Notes: generated by a model not told the origin, from the sequence alone. A DNA stretch of 64,000 bases from Clostridiales bacterium (GCA_015056005.1 SVHB01000003.1:2283-66282); one strand, 5' to 3'. Shown: positions 29,845-39,508, counted from the stretch's first letter. Made by a program: numbers and translations.

Positions 29845-31014
29845 ATGACCTTTAAGCGCGGGAATGCGTTTTCCGTGATAGCAAAGCCGGTGGGCTCAAA
29901 CTGCAACATGAACTGCAGGTATTGCTATTACCTTGAAAAGGGAAAGTTTTCTTCAAACGAGAAGCAGACCCGCATGAAGATGTCCCTGCTTGAAAAGCTC
30001 ATAAAGCAGACGATAAATTCCAATCCCGGCCCCGTCGTGTCCTTTGTCTGGCACGGCGGGGAACCTACGCTTGCGGGGCTTGATTTTTATAAGCAGGCGG
30101 TTTTGCTCCAGAAAAAATATATAAGACCGGGCATGGAGGTATGGAACAACCTTCAGACCAACGGCATGCTCATAAACGAGCAGTGGTGCAGATTTTTGAA
30201 GGAGAACCGCTTTGATGTGGGGCTTAGCATCGACGGGGATATGATCACTCACGATATGAACCGCATAGACAAGGGCGGAAATCCCACGCATGCAAAAGTC
30301 ATAAAAGCAGCTGAGCTTTTAAGCGAATACGGGATAAAGGCAGATCTTCTCTGCACCGTGAATGCGCAGACTCTAAAAGACCCGTTGGGCGTGTATGACG
30401 CTTTGCGAAAGCTCGATACCGGCTGGATACAGTTTATCCCCGTTATAGTGGTCGATGAAAACGGCAATGTCGACCCGATATCGGTCACGCCCGAGGGCTA
30501 CGGCGAATTTCTGATAAAGGTCTTTGATGAATGGGTAAGGCATGACCTTGGCAGGCTCGATGTGCAGCTTTTTGCCGAAATGGCAAAGATCAAAGCGGGC
30601 GGAACCGCCGGCGTTTGCTATCTTGCAAAGACCTGCGGCAGAGTGCTTGTAGCCGAGGAAGACGGAAGCATATATGCCTGCGATCATTTCGTCGACGGCG
30701 AGCACAGGCTGGGCAACCTTGCAGGCGGTGATATCGGCGAGTTTGCAAACAGCAGCTTCCAAACAAAGTTCGGGCTCGATAAGCGCGATAAATTGACAGG
30801 CGAATGCAAAAAATGCCCGTATCTGTCCTATTGCAGCGGCGGCTGCCCAAAGGACAGGTTTTCAAAGAGCATTGACGGCGAAGAAGGGCAGTATTACCTT
30901 TGCAAAGGGCTTAAAATGTTCTTTGAGCATGCCGACCCGATACTCAGGCAGATAATGCGCCTTAGCAGAAGGGGACTTTCGTCCGATAAGATAATGGAAG
31001 AACTGAATAAATAA
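29845..31014 (+). CDS. radical SAM/SPASM maturase of the anaerobic sulfatase-maturating enzyme (anSME) type
   Basis: CNMNCRYCYY radical-SAM motif and C-terminal Cys-rich SPASM region CKKCPYLSYCSGGCPKDRF. Confidence 0.8.
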   Translation: MTFKRGNAFSVIAKPVGSNCNMNCRYCYYLEKGKFSSNEKQTRMKMSLLEKLIKQTINSNPGPVVSFVWHGGEPTLAGLDFYKQAVLLQKKYIRPGMEVWNNLQTNGMLINEQWCRFLKENRFDVGLSIDGDMITHDMNRIDKGGNPTHAKVIKAAELLSEYGIKADLLCTVNAQTLKDPLGVYDALRKLDTGWIQFIPVIVVDENGNVDPISVTPEGYGEFLIKVFDEWVRHDLGRLDVQLFAEMAKIKAGGTAGVCYLAKTCGRVLVAEEDGSIYACDHFVDGEHRLGNLAGGDIGEFANSSFQTKFGLDKRDKLTGECKKCPYLSYCSGGCPKDRFSKSIDGEEGQYYLCKGLKMFFEHADPILRQIMRLSRRGLSSDKIMEELNK

Positions 31015-31061
31015 AAACGGCCCTGAGCGTTCTTTGAATCGCTCAGGGCTGTTTTGGTATG

Positions 31062-31691
31062 TTATTTTGCGATATCGATGTTTTCGCCTGTAAGGCCTAC
31101 ATGTGCGCCCTGATTGGCTTCGTCAGCCTCTATATGGGCGATGAGCCACTTGTTTCTTGCGGTCATCCACTTGTCTTCCTCGTTGGCGGGTTCGTATTCG
31201 GGCTTTAAGGTATTGGTGCCCTTGGGCAGCACGATCGCTACGCGGAAGCCTTCCTCCTCGGGGACCTGGCAGGGGGCATAGTGAAGAGCGGTTGCATAAA
31301 CCTCGACCATAACGCCTGCGGGCGCGCGGAAGGCTTTTACCACGGATGTATCAAGCTTGCCGTCCTCGATCTCATCCTGCTTTGCAAGAAGGAGGATGAA
31401 ATCGGTCACGCCGATATTGATCTCGCTGTCGCGGTGATATTCAAGGCAGTTGAGCTTGGTGTTGTAGCCCCAGCACATGCCGATCTGGATGGGCATTCCG
31501 CCGTAAGCGCGGTCGGTCAGGGGCTTATAGATCTTACAGGCTTCAAGAGAAGCGATGCCGGGCTCGTAGGATACGCCGCTTTCGGGCATATCGATAGCTT
31601 TCATGGCGCAGATGAGCTCTTTTGTGTCATAGCCTTCGATGACCTTGCCGTAGGGCTTGAATTCCTTATCGTATACGGAATATATTTTCAT
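31062..31691 (-). CDS. conserved hypothetical protein (DUF4867-like)
   Basis: Start at MKIYSVYDKEFKPYGKV after GGAGGAG. Recognised only as resembling a domain-of-unknown-function family. Confidence 0.45.
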   Translation of the reverse strand: MKIYSVYDKEFKPYGKVIEGYDTKELICAMKAIDMPESGVSYEPGIASLEACKIYKPLTDRAYGGMPIQIGMCWGYNTKLNCLEYHRDSEINIGVTDFILLLAKQDEIEDGKLDTSVVKAFRAPAGVMVEVYATALHYAPCQVPEEEGFRVAIVLPKGTNTLKPEYEPANEEDKWMTARNKWLIAHIEADEANQGAHVGLTGENIDIAK

Positions 31692-31831
31692 ATGTTTTCT
31701 CCTCCGTTTGCGTATATCATAATTGTAACTCACGCTTCCAAGCAAAGTCAATACATACGGCGTTATTGCCAAAACTGCGCAATAAAGCTATAATAAAGTA
31801 TCGGAAACGCGTAAAAAAGGATGTGGTAGAA

Positions 31832-33784
31832 ATGAGCCATCAGGAAGCTTCAAATCAGTATTTATATGCACTCAAATTAGGTCAGAAATATCAGAAAAGC
31901 TGCGCGATGCAGGGTAAATATCCCTATCCCCATGCGCTTGACGAAATGCTTGACGATACCATGGAACTCGGCACCGTGAACATGGGTCTTGTGGAGATAC
32001 CGATCCATCTGATCGTGGGCACGAGGATCAAGGGCAGGCAGACCGCGTTTGCGGGCAATTTCATGCCTCTTATGCATCCTGATACCGAATTTGCGCATAA
32101 ATGGGTTAACCTCTGTGCCGCGCATCTGGGCGACGAGGGCATAACCGACCCGATAAAATGCGTTGAATATATGGGCAAATTCTATGTGCAGGAGGGCAAC
32201 AAGCGCGTAAGCGTGTTAAAAAGCTATGGCGCGACATCCATTCCCGGTATGGTCACAAGGATACTGCCCGCGGTTTCAAACGATCCCGAGGTAAAGGTAT
32301 ATTATGAGTTCATGCAGTTTTACAATCTTTCAAAGATGTACGACGTGCAGTTCAGTCAGCCGGGGGCGTATGCAAAGCTTCAGGCGGCGCTGGGCTATGA
32401 GCACGATCATGTGTGGACTGCCGATGAGCGGGCTACCTTCCTTTCAAGATTCCATATCTTTGAAGCCGCATTTGCAAAGATCGCGGGCAGGGTAAACGAT
32501 CTTACCCCCTCCACCGCGCTTTTGATATGGCTGCAGGTGTATGATTTTAATGAGCTTGCAAAGCTCAACATAGACGGCATAGTCGACAGCCTTGAAAACA
32601 TAATGCCCGAGCTTAAGACCGCTTCGCTGGGCAGGCAGATCGATCTGAGCATCGAGCCCGACGAATCGGAAGCCAGCGGCTTCTTCTCAAGGTTTTTCGG
32701 TATCGGCCTTCCCGAGCATCTGAATGTTGCCTTTATGTATTCATTCCCGCCCGAAAAGAGCACATGGACTTTGGCTCACGAGCTTGGTAGGCAGTATCTT
32801 GTGGACGAAATGGGTGAAAAAATCAGCGTTTCGACCTATATAACGCAGGGGCAGGATATGGACGTGGTGTTTGAGCAGGCGGTCGAGGACGGCGCAGACG
32901 TTATTTTTGCCACAACGCCCTCCATGATCGGCGCATGCAGAAAGATTGCTGTGCATTATCCCGACTTGAAGGTGCTTAACTGCTCGATCTCCATGCCCTA
33001 CCCAAGGGTGAGGAGCTATTACAGCCGTATATATGAATCGAAATTCATAAGCGGCGCAATAGCGGGCGCAATGAGCGACGATGAGGTCATCGGCTATGTT
33101 GCAACCTATCCGATTTTTGGTTCGCCCGCAGCCATAAACGCCTTTGCGCTTGGACTGAGGATGACCAATCCCAGAGCAAGGATAGCGCTGAGATGGTCCT
33201 GCGTGAGCGGCGATTATGATGAGGATTTCAGGCGCTTGGGCGTAAGGGTAATGTCCAGGAACGATAATTCCGCCTCCATCAAGGCCAATACCGCAAAGGA
33301 ATGGGGCTTGTATCTGGACGATGGAGAAAACATAATGCCTCTTGCCACCTCCTATATGGACTGGGGGAAAATTTATGTCAAGGTCATAATGAACATACTT
33401 GAGGGCAAATGGGAGTCTCACGCTGCAAATGAACCTGCAGTGAACTACTGGTGGGGCATGAGCAGCGGCGCCATAGATATAAAGCTCAGCAATCAGCTGC
33501 CCGACGGCGTGACCCAGCTTGCACAGATCTTACGGGACGGTATTTCTTCAAAGCGCATTGATCCCTTCGCTGCAAGGATAGTTGACCAAAACGGCTTTGT
33601 GCGAAGCGACGGCACGCATGAATTTACTCCCGAAGAGATAATGAATATGGACTGGCTTTTGGACAACATAGACGGCTCAATTCCCGGGTTTGAGGAAATA
33701 TTGCCCAGATCCAGGGAGATGGTCCGCCTGCTCGGTGTATATCGCGATGATATACCGCCCGAAAAGGAGGGTATTTTGCTGTGA
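31832..33784 (+). CDS. cytoplasmic BMP-family (PnrA-like nucleoside-binding fold) protein with extra N-terminal domain
   Basis: The C-terminal half (HYPDLKVLNCS.., FISGAIAGAMS..VIGYVATYPIFGSPAAINAFALGLRMTNP) follows the BMP/PnrA pattern. The N-terminus MSHQEASNQYLY is hydrophilic, with no signal peptide or lipobox. The roughly 200-aa N-terminal domain (..YVQEGNKRVSVLKSYG..) may be ParB/Srx-like. Confidence 0.55.
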   Translation: MSHQEASNQYLYALKLGQKYQKSCAMQGKYPYPHALDEMLDDTMELGTVNMGLVEIPIHLIVGTRIKGRQTAFAGNFMPLMHPDTEFAHKWVNLCAAHLGDEGITDPIKCVEYMGKFYVQEGNKRVSVLKSYGATSIPGMVTRILPAVSNDPEVKVYYEFMQFYNLSKMYDVQFSQPGAYAKLQAALGYEHDHVWTADERATFLSRFHIFEAAFAKIAGRVNDLTPSTALLIWLQVYDFNELAKLNIDGIVDSLENIMPELKTASLGRQIDLSIEPDESEASGFFSRFFGIGLPEHLNVAFMYSFPPEKSTWTLAHELGRQYLVDEMGEKISVSTYITQGQDMDVVFEQAVEDGADVIFATTPSMIGACRKIAVHYPDLKVLNCSISMPYPRVRSYYSRIYESKFISGAIAGAMSDDEVIGYVATYPIFGSPAAINAFALGLRMTNPRARIALRWSCVSGDYDEDFRRLGVRVMSRNDNSASIKANTAKEWGLYLDDGENIMPLATSYMDWGKIYVKVIMNILEGKWESHAANEPAVNYWWGMSSGAIDIKLSNQLPDGVTQLAQILRDGISSKRIDPFAARIVDQNGFVRSDGTHEFTPEEIMNMDWLLDNIDGSIPGFEEILPRSREMVRLLGVYRDDIPPEKEGILL

Positions 33785-34383
33785 AGATCCTGTTCGTGTC
33801 GGACGAAGAAAGCAAATCCCTGTGGGATTATTTTGAACCCGACAAGGTGAAGGGCATCGATCTTATTATTTCCTGCGGTGATCTGAAGCCGGAGTATCTG
33901 AGCTTCCTTGTGACAATGTGCCCCGTACCGCTTTATTATGTGCACGGCAACCACGACGGCAAATACGAAAGAAAGCCCCCCGAGGGCTGCGAGTGTATCG
34001 AAGATACGATAGTCGAATACAAGGGCCTTAGGATAATGGGCCTTGGGGGCAGCGCAAATTACAGCGACGGAGTGCATCAGTACACAGAAAAGGAGATGCA
34101 AAAGCGCATCAGGAAAATGCGGCGTAAGCTGAGAAAGTCCAAGGGTATTGATATCCTTGTGACCCACGCACCCCTGCACGGCTACGGAGACGATCCCGAC
34201 CGCGCACACAGGGGCTTTGACGCATTCTTTGAGGTGCTGGATAAGCATAAGCCAAAATATATGGCGCACGGTCATGTGCACATGAACTACATGGCGAACA
34301 GACCGCGTATAATCAGATATAACGAAACAACCATTATAAATGCCTGCGAACGCTATGTGCTCGATACGGAGAAGGATGTATGA
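33781..34383 (+). CDS. calcineurin-like metallophosphoesterase
   Basis: ILFVSDEE, CGDL, VHGNHD and AHGHVH motifs. GTG start overlaps the upstream stop (GTGA). Confidence 0.75.
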   Translation: MKILFVSDEESKSLWDYFEPDKVKGIDLIISCGDLKPEYLSFLVTMCPVPLYYVHGNHDGKYERKPPEGCECIEDTIVEYKGLRIMGLGGSANYSDGVHQYTEKEMQKRIRKMRRKLRKSKGIDILVTHAPLHGYGDDPDRAHRGFDAFFEVLDKHKPKYMAHGHVHMNYMANRPRIIRYNETTIINACERYVLDTEKDV

Positions 34384-36323
34384 GGAAGACCATAGGCATC
34401 CTTGCCCATGTGGATGCGGGCAAGACCACCTTTTCCGAGCAGGCGCTCTATGCTTTCAGCGCTATCCGCTCGCTGGGCAGGGTCGACCACGGCAATGCTT
34501 TTCTGGACAGTCATCCCCTTGAAAAGCAAAGGGGTATAACCATATTCTCCGATCAGGCTTATTTTGAAAAGGACGGGGACAGGTATTTCTGGGTGGACAC
34601 TCCCGGGCATGTCGACTTCGCTTCCGAAATGGAGCGCGCTGTATCGATACTGGATTACGCCGTGGTAATCATCAGCGCATCGGACGGGGTGCAGAGCCAT
34701 ACGCAGTCCATATGGAAACTTTTGAAGGACTATAATGTTCCCGCGTTTTTGTTCGTGAACAAAATGGACAGACCCGGCGTTGAGCTTAGAAATGTTATGG
34801 CGGGGCTCAAAAAGGAGCTGTCGCAGGACTGTGTTTATATAGGAACGGACACTCTTTTAGATGAAGCAAAGGAAGCCATAGCCGAGCGCGACGAGGAGCT
34901 TCTGAATATGTATCTGAGCGGCGGGTTCGACGAAAGCCTTTGGCTCAAAAAGCTTGCTGTGCAAATAAAAAAGCGCGAGCTTTTCCCTGTGTTTTCGGGG
35001 AGCGCTCTGCGCGGCGAGGGCGTATGCGAGTTTATGGAAAGGCTCTGCGGACTGACCTTCTGCGATTATGACGATGAAGCCGAATTTTCGGCAAAGGTAT
35101 ATAAGATCCGCCATGATGCAAACGGCGAAAGGCTATGCTTTTTTAAGGTGCTCTCTGGCAGCGCAAAAACCAGAGACGAGATAGCTTCCTTTGACGGCGG
35201 CAGAATAAAGCTTGGCGAGCTTAGGAGGTATCACGGCGGCAAGTTCACTCAGGTGAGCGAAATAAAAGCGGGAGAGCTGATAGCTGCAGTTTCAATACCG
35301 GACCTGATGCCCGGCGATATCATAGGTTTGAACGCAAAAAAGCGCGAAGGTTTTCGGCTTGAACCAATGATGGCGGTATCCGTTATATGGGATAAAGCCG
35401 TGTATGTTCAAAAGGTGCTTAGTGCGCTGAAGCTTTTGGAGGACGAGGAACCGACGCTCTCGGTTTCGTTCAACCACGGCACAGGCTCTGTCGATCTTTC
35501 GGTCATGGGACCGATACAGCTGGAGATCATAAAGCAGCTGATGGCCGACAGATACAATCTCAGCATTGATTTTGGTCCCATGCGCGTGCTCTATATGGAA
35601 ACGATAGAAAGCCCGGTCATCGGCGTTGGGCATTATGAACCGCTTCGCCATTACGCCGAGGTGCATCTGAAAATTACCCCGACTGACAGGGGCAGCGGCG
35701 TGACCTTTGAAAGCCTTGCCCATGTGGACGACCTTGCCCTGAACTGGCAGAGGCTCATAAAGACCCATGTTTTTGAAAAAGCGCATAAAGGCGTTCTGAT
35801 CGGAGCGCCTTTGACCGATGTAAAGATCGAGCTTCTCTGCGGCAGGGCACACTTAAAGCATACCGAGGGCGGCGATTTCAGGGAAAGCACCTACAGGGCG
35901 ATCAGGAACGCCCTCATGTATTCCAAACCCGTGCTGCTTGAGCCCGTATGCCGCTTTTTGCTCAAAGCGCCTTTGGATACATATGGCAGGGTCATGGGCG
36001 ACCTTGTGCGCATGCAGGCAAACTGCGATCCGCCCATTATGGAAGATGAGCGCTTTTCCATAGCCGGCGAGGCTACCTTTATCAGCCTTGCCGAATATCA
36101 CACCGATTTCCTTGCCGCAACGCATGGCAGGGGCTCGATGAGCTATTCGCTTGACCATTACGAAAAATGCAGGGATCAGGATAGGATAGCACAGGAATCA
36201 GCATATAACCCCCTTGCCGACGATACTCCCGATTCGGTATTCTGCGCTCACGGCGCGGGCTTTACCGTACCGTGGGATCAGGTGAAGGATTATATGCATT
36301 TGAGCCATGAGGAATTTGAGTGA
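34380..36323 (+). CDS. translation-factor GTPase of the TetM/TetO / EF-G paralogue family
   Basis: IGILAHVDAGKTT, DTPGHVDF and NKMD G-motifs plus EF-G-like domains II-V. ATG overlaps the upstream stop (ATGA). Confidence 0.8.
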   Translation: MRKTIGILAHVDAGKTTFSEQALYAFSAIRSLGRVDHGNAFLDSHPLEKQRGITIFSDQAYFEKDGDRYFWVDTPGHVDFASEMERAVSILDYAVVIISASDGVQSHTQSIWKLLKDYNVPAFLFVNKMDRPGVELRNVMAGLKKELSQDCVYIGTDTLLDEAKEAIAERDEELLNMYLSGGFDESLWLKKLAVQIKKRELFPVFSGSALRGEGVCEFMERLCGLTFCDYDDEAEFSAKVYKIRHDANGERLCFFKVLSGSAKTRDEIASFDGGRIKLGELRRYHGGKFTQVSEIKAGELIAAVSIPDLMPGDIIGLNAKKREGFRLEPMMAVSVIWDKAVYVQKVLSALKLLEDEEPTLSVSFNHGTGSVDLSVMGPIQLEIIKQLMADRYNLSIDFGPMRVLYMETIESPVIGVGHYEPLRHYAEVHLKITPTDRGSGVTFESLAHVDDLALNWQRLIKTHVFEKAHKGVLIGAPLTDVKIELLCGRAHLKHTEGGDFRESTYRAIRNALMYSKPVLLEPVCRFLLKAPLDTYGRVMGDLVRMQANCDPPIMEDERFSIAGEATFISLAEYHTDFLAATHGRGSMSYSLDHYEKCRDQDRIAQESAYNPLADDTPDSVFCAHGAGFTVPWDQVKDYMHLSHEEFE

Positions 36324-37046
36324 TCATTCTTCATATAAAAGATAGCCGAGCATCCTGTTCGGGTCGGAAAGAAAGCTTTTCATGACCTGAAAATGCTCGG
36401 TTTTTTGGTATGGAACGCTTTGGATCCCATTTTCGGTAAACTCAAGAACTTCACAGCCGGGCAAAGTAATAAGCATGGGCGAGTGCGTGGCTATTATGAA
36501 TTGGCTGCCGGATTTTTTCAGGCGATCAAGCTCGATCATAAGCGTCATCTGGCGCATGGGCGAAAGCGCCGCCTCGGGCTCGTCAAGCAGATAGAGCCCC
36601 GAACCCGAAAATCTGTTCTGGATCAGTGCAAGGAAGCTTTCGCCATGGGATTGAAGGTGGAGCGATCTGCCTCCGTAAGAAGCGAACCTGCTGCCGTCCT
36701 CCTTTTCGACCTCGTCAAGATAGCTGGCGGTGTTATAAAAGCTTTCGGCGCGCAGAAAATAACCGTCCTTCATCTGCGCATTTCTGGCAACTGTGAGATG
36801 CCGAAAAAGGTCGGAGTGAGTTGTTTTGGTGGAAAAACGGTAGTTCCTTGAACCGCCCTCTGCGTTAAAACCGATAGCGACGGCAATGGCTTCAAGAAGT
36901 GTCGATTTCCCTGTTCCGTTTTCGCCCACAAAAAACGTTATAGGGCTCGAGATTTTTAGCGGATGCTCAAAAAGATGCTTTACTGCCGGAAGATATGCGG
37001 TATAATCGTTGGGCTTGCTTTTAAGGCTTATCTTATCTATAAACAT
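36324..37046 (-). CDS. stand-alone ABC/SMC-like AAA ATPase
   Basis: FFVGENGTGKSTLLEAI Walker A, LYLLDEPEAALSP Walker B, ATHSP. ATG at 37046 is 7 nt after GGAGAT. Confidence 0.65.
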   Translation of the reverse strand: MFIDKISLKSKPNDYTAYLPAVKHLFEHPLKISSPITFFVGENGTGKSTLLEAIAVAIGFNAEGGSRNYRFSTKTTHSDLFRHLTVARNAQMKDGYFLRAESFYNTASYLDEVEKEDGSRFASYGGRSLHLQSHGESFLALIQNRFSGSGLYLLDEPEAALSPMRQMTLMIELDRLKKSGSQFIIATHSPMLITLPGCEVLEFTENGIQSVPYQKTEHFQVMKSFLSDPNRMLGYLLYEE

Positions 37047-37097
37047 AATAAATATCTCCGATATAAGCAAAACGGCGCAAATTGCGCCGTTTGTCTT

Positions 37098-38579
37098 TTA
37101 TTCGTTGCCCTGCGCGGGCGTTTCGGCCGTTTCCGGTGCTCCGGTGCCGACCGTGATTATGGTCGAAAGGGCTTTATAGCTGCTGCGGCAAAGGAGCTCT
37201 TCCTTCACCACGTCTCCGCCCTTCATATACTGACGGTAGGTGTTGACCTTATAGCCTTCTTTGCCCGCTCGGGTCTCAACCACGGTGCCCTCGGGCAGCG
37301 TGCGGTCTTCCTTTATCTCGTCTGCGGGCTGAGGCGTGGTCTCGGTAACTTCGGTCCTGAATTTGACTGTCACGTCTTTATCAAGCACCGGGATGCCGAA
37401 GATCTTGACCTTTATCATGCGGTTGTCTTTGTCGAACCATGATGCGATGCAGACATAACCGTCGGTGTTGTTCTTGAACTTCAGGTCTGAGGAAGGATAG
37501 TCGACCATTGCGTCAAGCCCTTTGCCGATATAGCTGGAAGGCCATGAATGGTTGTGCCTTTCGGTTATGTCGAGCCCCGACATTGCCGCGGCGTTGAATA
37601 TGGAGGTGGATACCTGGCAGACGCCGCCGCCGAGTTCCTCTATGAGCACTCCGTTTCTGATGGCGCCCGCTGCCTGATAGCCCTTTTTCTGCGTCCTCTC
37701 ACCCGTGATGCCGTTCATGGAGAACTCTTCGCCGGGGGCAAGGATGGTGCCGTCAATAGCCTTTAGGGCAAGGTCGATATTGTTGTTTCTCGTCTTGTCC
37801 CTTGTGGTCTCGGAGGTGAAATAGGCAAGGGTGGTATACTTGCCCTCAAGATCCGCTTTATAAACGGATGGCTTTATTTCGTCGACCTTGATGTAAACGG
37901 GCTCATCAAAATCGTTTCGGGCAAATCTGTCGTTTATGTCTTCCTGCAGCTTTTTGATGTCCACCTTATAGCCGGGTTCCGCCTCGGCGATCTGAAGACC
38001 GCCGTCAGATGCGCCGGATACTATGCGGGCGTCTTTGACCTTTTTGTTCAGCTCGTCCTCTATCTCATCAAGTACATTGCCCATCTCGCCCTGAGAGGCG
38101 CTCATGGTGGTTATGAAATGCCTTGGATGTTCGGGAAGGTTTCTAACCGTCTCTATATCCGCCTTTGAGTCGCCCGAGCGGCCTATTGAATAGGCCTCCT
38201 CAAGGACCTTGTCGGTATCGAACTGAACGACAAAATTGCTGTTGTCCAGCGTCCAGGTGTTTTCGCCGTGTATGAGATCAAGGCTGTAATTAGCATCGGC
38301 TGTGGTCTGGTTCTGGCTCACGGCTTCCTTTGCCTCATCCATGGTCATGCCGCCGAGGGAAATGTCGTCGACATATATTCCTTCAAAGAACAGGGGAGAA
38401 GAAAGCGAGGCTTTCATCCTGCTGTTTTCGATGGCGTCGCCAAGGAATTTCCAGCCTATTGCGCCGAATATTACCACAGCGCTCAGTATGAGGGTCAGTT
38501 TCAGGGATGTTGAAAGACCCTTTTTGCGCTTTTTGCGGGCGGCTGTGCTCTTTTTCTTCTTCTTTTGGTTTGCGGGCAT
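37098..38579 (-). CDS. VanW-family protein with N-terminal membrane anchor and C-terminal G5-like domain
   Basis: GGGVCQVSTSIFNAA...ERHNHSWPSSYI VanW core. Lys-rich N-terminus followed by one TM segment. Confidence 0.8.
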   Translation of the reverse strand: MPANQKKKKKSTAARKKRKKGLSTSLKLTLILSAVVIFGAIGWKFLGDAIENSRMKASLSSPLFFEGIYVDDISLGGMTMDEAKEAVSQNQTTADANYSLDLIHGENTWTLDNSNFVVQFDTDKVLEEAYSIGRSGDSKADIETVRNLPEHPRHFITTMSASQGEMGNVLDEIEDELNKKVKDARIVSGASDGGLQIAEAEPGYKVDIKKLQEDINDRFARNDFDEPVYIKVDEIKPSVYKADLEGKYTTLAYFTSETTRDKTRNNNIDLALKAIDGTILAPGEEFSMNGITGERTQKKGYQAAGAIRNGVLIEELGGGVCQVSTSIFNAAAMSGLDITERHNHSWPSSYIGKGLDAMVDYPSSDLKFKNNTDGYVCIASWFDKDNRMIKVKIFGIPVLDKDVTVKFRTEVTETTPQPADEIKEDRTLPEGTVVETRAGKEGYKVNTYRQYMKGGDVVKEELLCRSSYKALSTIITVGTGAPETAETPAQGNE

Positions 38580-38609
38580 TTTTCGGTATACCTCGTGAGG
38601 AAGATGATG

Positions 38610-39242
38610 TTATTTATGCGAAAGCTTATAGGATAAAAACAGCAGGCTGTCGGTGAGATGAACGTTGTTCAGAGCGATATCGGAAGGCACGTTCAGGGAT
38701 ACGGGAGCGAAGTTCCATATCGCGCTGACCCCGCCTTCTATGAGCGTATCGGCGATATCCTGCGCAGCGTCGCTGGGAGTGCAGATAGCAGCGATATCAA
38801 CGCGGTTTTTGGACAGAAAGCTTTTGAGCTCGCTTATGTTCTTTATCTCAATATCCGATACGGTCCGCCCGACAAGGGAAGGCGCGTTGTCGAAAAGGGC
38901 TGTAAAATTAAAACCGCGCTTTTTGAAGCTCTGATAATTTACGATCGCGTGACCGATGCTGCCCATGCCGACTACGATCATATTATAACCTTTGTTGAGC
39001 CCCAGTATGCCGGCAAGGTGGTCTTTGAGATCGCGGACATTGTAGCCGTAGCCCTGCTGACCGAAGGTGCCGAAAAAGTTGATATCCTGACGGATCTGGG
39101 ATGCGGTGAGCCCCATCTGTGCGCCAAGCTCTTTTGAAGAAATCCTGGTAACTCCGCTTCTTTCAAGCGATTCAAGATGTCTGTAGTATTGCGGAAGGCG
39201 TCTTATAACGACGTCGGAAACATGTGAAGTATCGTAGTTCAT
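38610..39242 (-). CDS. rex: redox-sensing transcriptional repressor Rex
   Basis: RRLPQYYRHLESL winged-helix N-terminus and Rossmann motif VVGMGSIGHAI. Confidence 0.9.
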   Translation of the reverse strand: MNYDTSHVSDVVIRRLPQYYRHLESLERSGVTRISSKELGAQMGLTASQIRQDINFFGTFGQQGYGYNVRDLKDHLAGILGLNKGYNMIVVGMGSIGHAIVNYQSFKKRGFNFTALFDNAPSLVGRTVSDIEIKNISELKSFLSKNRVDIAAICTPSDAAQDIADTLIEGGVSAIWNFAPVSLNVPSDIALNNVHLTDSLLFLSYKLSHK

Positions 39243-39372
39243 CGTACAACTCCCAAGCGATATCGCGACTGTATCATCCTGTAATTATAACACCTACCTA
39301 TATATAATAGCAAGGATAATTTTTTCCGCTGTGCATAAATCATCTCAGCCGGTGAAAATATACATTTTGTTG

Positions 39373-39401
39373 TTGACAATGCCACAAAAGGGTTGTATAA
39401 T
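39373..39401 (+). promoter_or_regulatory. sigma-70-type promoter of candidate small RNA
   Basis: TTGACA (39373-39378), 17 nt, TATAAT (39396-39401). Confidence 0.55.
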
Positions 39402-39407
39402 GGCGTA

Positions 39408-39508
39408 GTGCTTTTGGCACGCTCAAGTTGCTTACATCGGGAGACCGATTAAGATAGGCAAGATATTGGCTTTGGTTGAGAGAAGGCGACCAAAGCCAAT
39501 ATTTTTTT
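39408..39508 (+). ncRNA. candidate small RNA or orphan leader, about 100 nt, family not recognised
   Basis: A consensus promoter is followed by hairpin cttacatcgg-GAGA-ccgattaag and a 12-bp terminator stem attggctttggt/accaaagccaat (39465-39500) plus a T7 run. There is no ORF longer than 2 codons. Confidence 0.3.

Noticed and set aside
34380-36323. TetM/TetO-like GTPase, considered as a tetracycline-resistance determinant
   Set aside because: Family membership alone does not establish ribosomal protection. The gene lies in a chromosomal operon with no mobile-element context. No resistance call can be supported from the sequence.
36321-36326. Convergent genes whose stop codons abut (tgatca) with no intergenic space or terminator
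   Set aside because: This is real in the sequence but probably just compact genome organisation. It has no independent evidence of function beyond possible transcriptional interference.
39476-39488. 13-nt match ttgagagaaggcg between the candidate sRNA terminator loop and repeat copy D (42877-42889)
   Set aside because: A single 13-mer match is expected by chance many times in a 64-kb self-comparison on both strands. The flanks do not align.
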